From the NCBI RefSeq assembly GCF_002571385.2, contig NW_019217786.1, positions 75,961-139,960 on the forward strand: 64,000 nucleotides of DNA. Reading direction: 5' to 3'. The position numbers were made by a program, and so were the translations under genes. Position 1 is the first letter of the stretch; every line of letters begins with the position of its first letter. The notes beneath the pieces were generated by a model. That model was not told the DNA's origin. It searched no databases and worked only from the letters and a program-made list of their open reading frames with translations. Positions 61,002 to 64,000 of this stretch are shown here, piece by piece. This DNA comes from Stylophora pistillata (taxonomy: Eukaryota).

Positions 61002-63770
61002 ATGTCGTACACTTTCGTTGGAGATCGAGATGGTGTGTACAGTCGAACCTCTCCGGTAGAAATGACTCAAGTGAACCCACAGCCGGTTCAACCTGCAACC
61101 GAAATACAGCTCCCAGATATCGAAGATTTCTCGCACATTACGCTTCATCAGGTAAAAATATGTATTTGAAAGTTTACTCTCTTTCAGCTTATTTAAACCC
61201 ATGCAATCATGTTAAAAAGCTGTGTTCCAAACCCGTAAATTGCGCGCTCCCAAGTTTGTTGGTATTAAATTGCGTGATTGTTTAAATCTGTAGAATAAAT
61301 GTTAAAGCTCTCTTGAGCGGAATAATAGAAATACGCACTTCGTACTTAGCGCTGATCATTGTCGGGCTAGAATGTTCCTCACAACAATAAGTCGCATCAG
61401 TACATTTTGTTTAACTGTTTTTGTGATAGTCGAAGAATTAATGATTTAAAATATTGTACTCTATTTGCAAGCAATGGATTAAACTTCACACAAACTTGAC
61501 AAGTGATCAAATTTCAACTCTTTCACCAAAGTTTCTTAAGTCTTTTGTCGAAGTGTAATCTCATGCTGAAGGAAAAGCAGGTGAGCTGAAAGCGGTCCAC
61601 GTTATTATTAATTATTCTTTGTCGAAGAAAGAACGTGAACATATGATAATTGTCACAATACAAATATTCCCGGAAACGTTTTAACATTCCAAGCCGTCGA
61701 GTGTCATGTTTCGTTCAGCGTGCGTAAAACCTCTTAACAAATTTTCCTTTCAATTTTCCCACCAAAATTTATTTTAGTTTCGTTCATTTATACTGATGAT
61801 ACAATGAAATTAAAAATAATAATAATGCTATCCATTCAAAGGGGAGTTTTTTGTTCAAAGCCAACTTGTGATATTATTTTATTAACTTAAGACCATTTGT
61901 TACTGACAACTCGGTTGTCAAAGCAACACAAATTTTGCCTTAATAAAATAGCATTTCTACTATTTCCCAAAGATAACTGATTATTTGGTACTCTTTATGG
62001 AAGACAAAAACAATTTTCAATGGAAGTATTTTCTAGAATTGTTGCATTACCGGTTGTGACTTTTTGTGCTATTTATGTTGTTATTTTATTTGTCTGAACT
62101 ATGGTAATTAGAAAACATCATCTTGATCTGGAAGGAAAGTTGTTTTAATAGTAAAAAATTGATCATATTATGTAACAGTATATGAGTGGTATTTTTTTTT
62201 GTAACCACCTTAATGCACAGGAGAGATCAAGTAATAATCAGGAGAAGCTTGCCTACCTGTTGTTAGGGGNCAAGGGAAGGGGTTCAAACCAGTATATGAT
62301 GCTCAACCCCCCAACACCCAAACAATAATATTGTTATTCCTCTTAGTGTTCTCTATACACTTCCAATAGTAATTACAATAAGAAATTGTTTTTTTTTAAA
62401 ATCAAGATCTTCTTAAGTTGGCAATTCAATTTTCTTTATCCTCAAGACCGTAATGTTTGACTCAGCAGTGATACTATAAGGTGGGATAAATTAGATCATA
62501 CTAGTCACTCAACCCAGTTTTCTGCTAATAATGTGTCATGGTTGTTATAATGGTGAAAATGTCTTGAATTTTAGCACTGGTTTTGAAAAATCCTTGAAAT
62601 ATAGGGGTTTTTTTTTTATATATATATCTCACTTTGGCGATAAACTGAATGATTTTGCTAAAGAGAAATTTGTCCACAAACTGCTGCTGAATTACAAAAA
62701 ACGACCAGTGAAAATGCTGGTACAAAACATGAACACTTACAAGGAGCAAAATTTGGATCTCTGCCTTAACTTCACACACCAGCCCTCGCAGTGCAAGCAC
62801 CCAAAATAGCCTGAGTTACTTAATTGGTACTAAATGCCATGGTCTCATCAATCAAGGCTGAACTATTTGAAAATTGTAAATGACTTAAGTTATTATAGCT
62901 GCATGCTGTAAGTAAAAAAAGGCAAGGAGTTTGAATGAAGCCGTATGAACCATGCACAGTGTTATTCATTCCTTTTTTGAGGGGATTTAAGACTGGACTG
63001 CAAATATACACATGGAAGAAAAAGTTAAAATTTTGTTTTTGAGTATTTCTCTGCTTACACAACTTTAATTCATTGATCATCTCTCACCCAATAATTATGT
63101 TTGTTGCTACATAATGTTGTGGTGTATACATCTGCTTGTTGAAGTTCCACCAGGGCTGGACACTAACTTTTCAACTTACTAGCCAAGTGGCATAGTGACA
63201 TCTCAGATGCCTTTAGACAATTTCAGTCTGTTTACTTGCCAAACTGGCCAGTGGAAATTGAAAACCACTAGCCAAAACTGAATTTCTACTAGTCTGTGGT
63301 TAGTGGGCTACCATTAGTGTCAAGCCCTGTCTGCAAAGTTTTTCAAGACCACCTTGTCTTGCATTTATCATTTTGATATGAAATAAAACAAGCTTTTACA
63401 TGAAATGCCTTGCCTGCAAGTCGAAAACAAAGTGCTAGAACAGGAGACTGGGACTAGTGGCTTCTGAAACATTCACATTTGCTCACAACAGTTAGTTTTG
63501 ATTATTATTGTGTGTAGGATTAATTTTCAGCTTTTATTATTATTGTCTTTTCAGTTTTGATTATTATTGTGTGTTGGATTGATTTTCAGGCTGCAAGAGA
63601 TGGTAAAATTGACATTATTAAGCAAAGACTTACAAAACTTACTTCAAAAAACCAAGCTAAATGTCAAAAACTAATAAACAAACGAGATGAGGACAATACC
63701 ACACCTCTGCACTATGCTGTACGATATGGACAGGTGGAGGTTGTCAAAGCATTGGTAGACTTCGGAGCAG
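61002..63770 (+). CDS. Ankyrin-repeat protein, first two coding exons (61002-61151, 63590-63770); possibly a TRPA1-like channel; continues beyond the window
   Basis: The ATG at 61002 follows an acceptor near 60964. The phase-0 junction rebuilds an ankyrin repeat, ITLHQ|AARDGKIDII, followed by INKRDEDNTTPLHYAVRYGQVEVVKALVDFGA. The TRPA assignment is inference from the N-terminal layout only. Confidence 0.8.
63151..63329. mobile_element. Short MITE with CAGGG termini (hAT-like ends)
   Basis: cagggctggacactaa / ttagtgtcaagccctg; no 8-bp TSD visible. Confidence 0.65.
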
Positions 63771-64000
63771 GTAATTCTTATGAATTAAGTTGATTTTTTA
63801 TTGTAAGAGCACCCATGAAAGTCTAAATTCTGGAAACTAATCTACAAAGGAATATATACAAGCAGCTTGAACTGATTGCAAACTGAAAATTACCCTGAAA
63901 CTTAGAGAACAGCAAACACCGAGAACTTTGATGGAATGTTATTGTTTTCCAAGGATGATAAAAGATAATCAGTTGTGAGAAAACTTAATCACAAACAGTA

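Overview
Intron-rich, AT-rich animal genomic DNA. The repeat families look like those of a cnidarian such as a stony coral (inference only). Bases 268-48558 (+) hold the 3' part of one dynein heavy chain gene, truncated at the 5' end by the window edge. I traced 78 GT-AG exons by hand. They join in phase into one open frame of 11,518 nt (about 3,840 codons) covering tail end, linker, AAA1-AAA4, stalk/MTBD, AAA5-6 and the C-terminal domain. Several segments resemble outer-arm DNAH5/DNAH8-type chains. The frame is intact, but the motor motifs are eroded: AAA1 has lost sensor-I (TMNP) and sensor-II (HYDFGLR), and AAA4 has lost its P-loop lysine. Large Ser/Gly/Pro-rich inserts sit in the linker, AAA1, both stalk helices and the microtubule-binding domain. 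This makes it a candidate non-motile or regulatory 'pseudo-dynein'. Downstream lie a class-A GPCR with an intronless CDS (50382-51419, -), a Kolobok-like TTAA element with a decayed THAP ORF, tandem repeats, and the first two coding exons of an ankyrin-repeat (TRPA-like) gene. Introns carry many SINEs, LINE fragments (two with clear TSDs) and MITEs.
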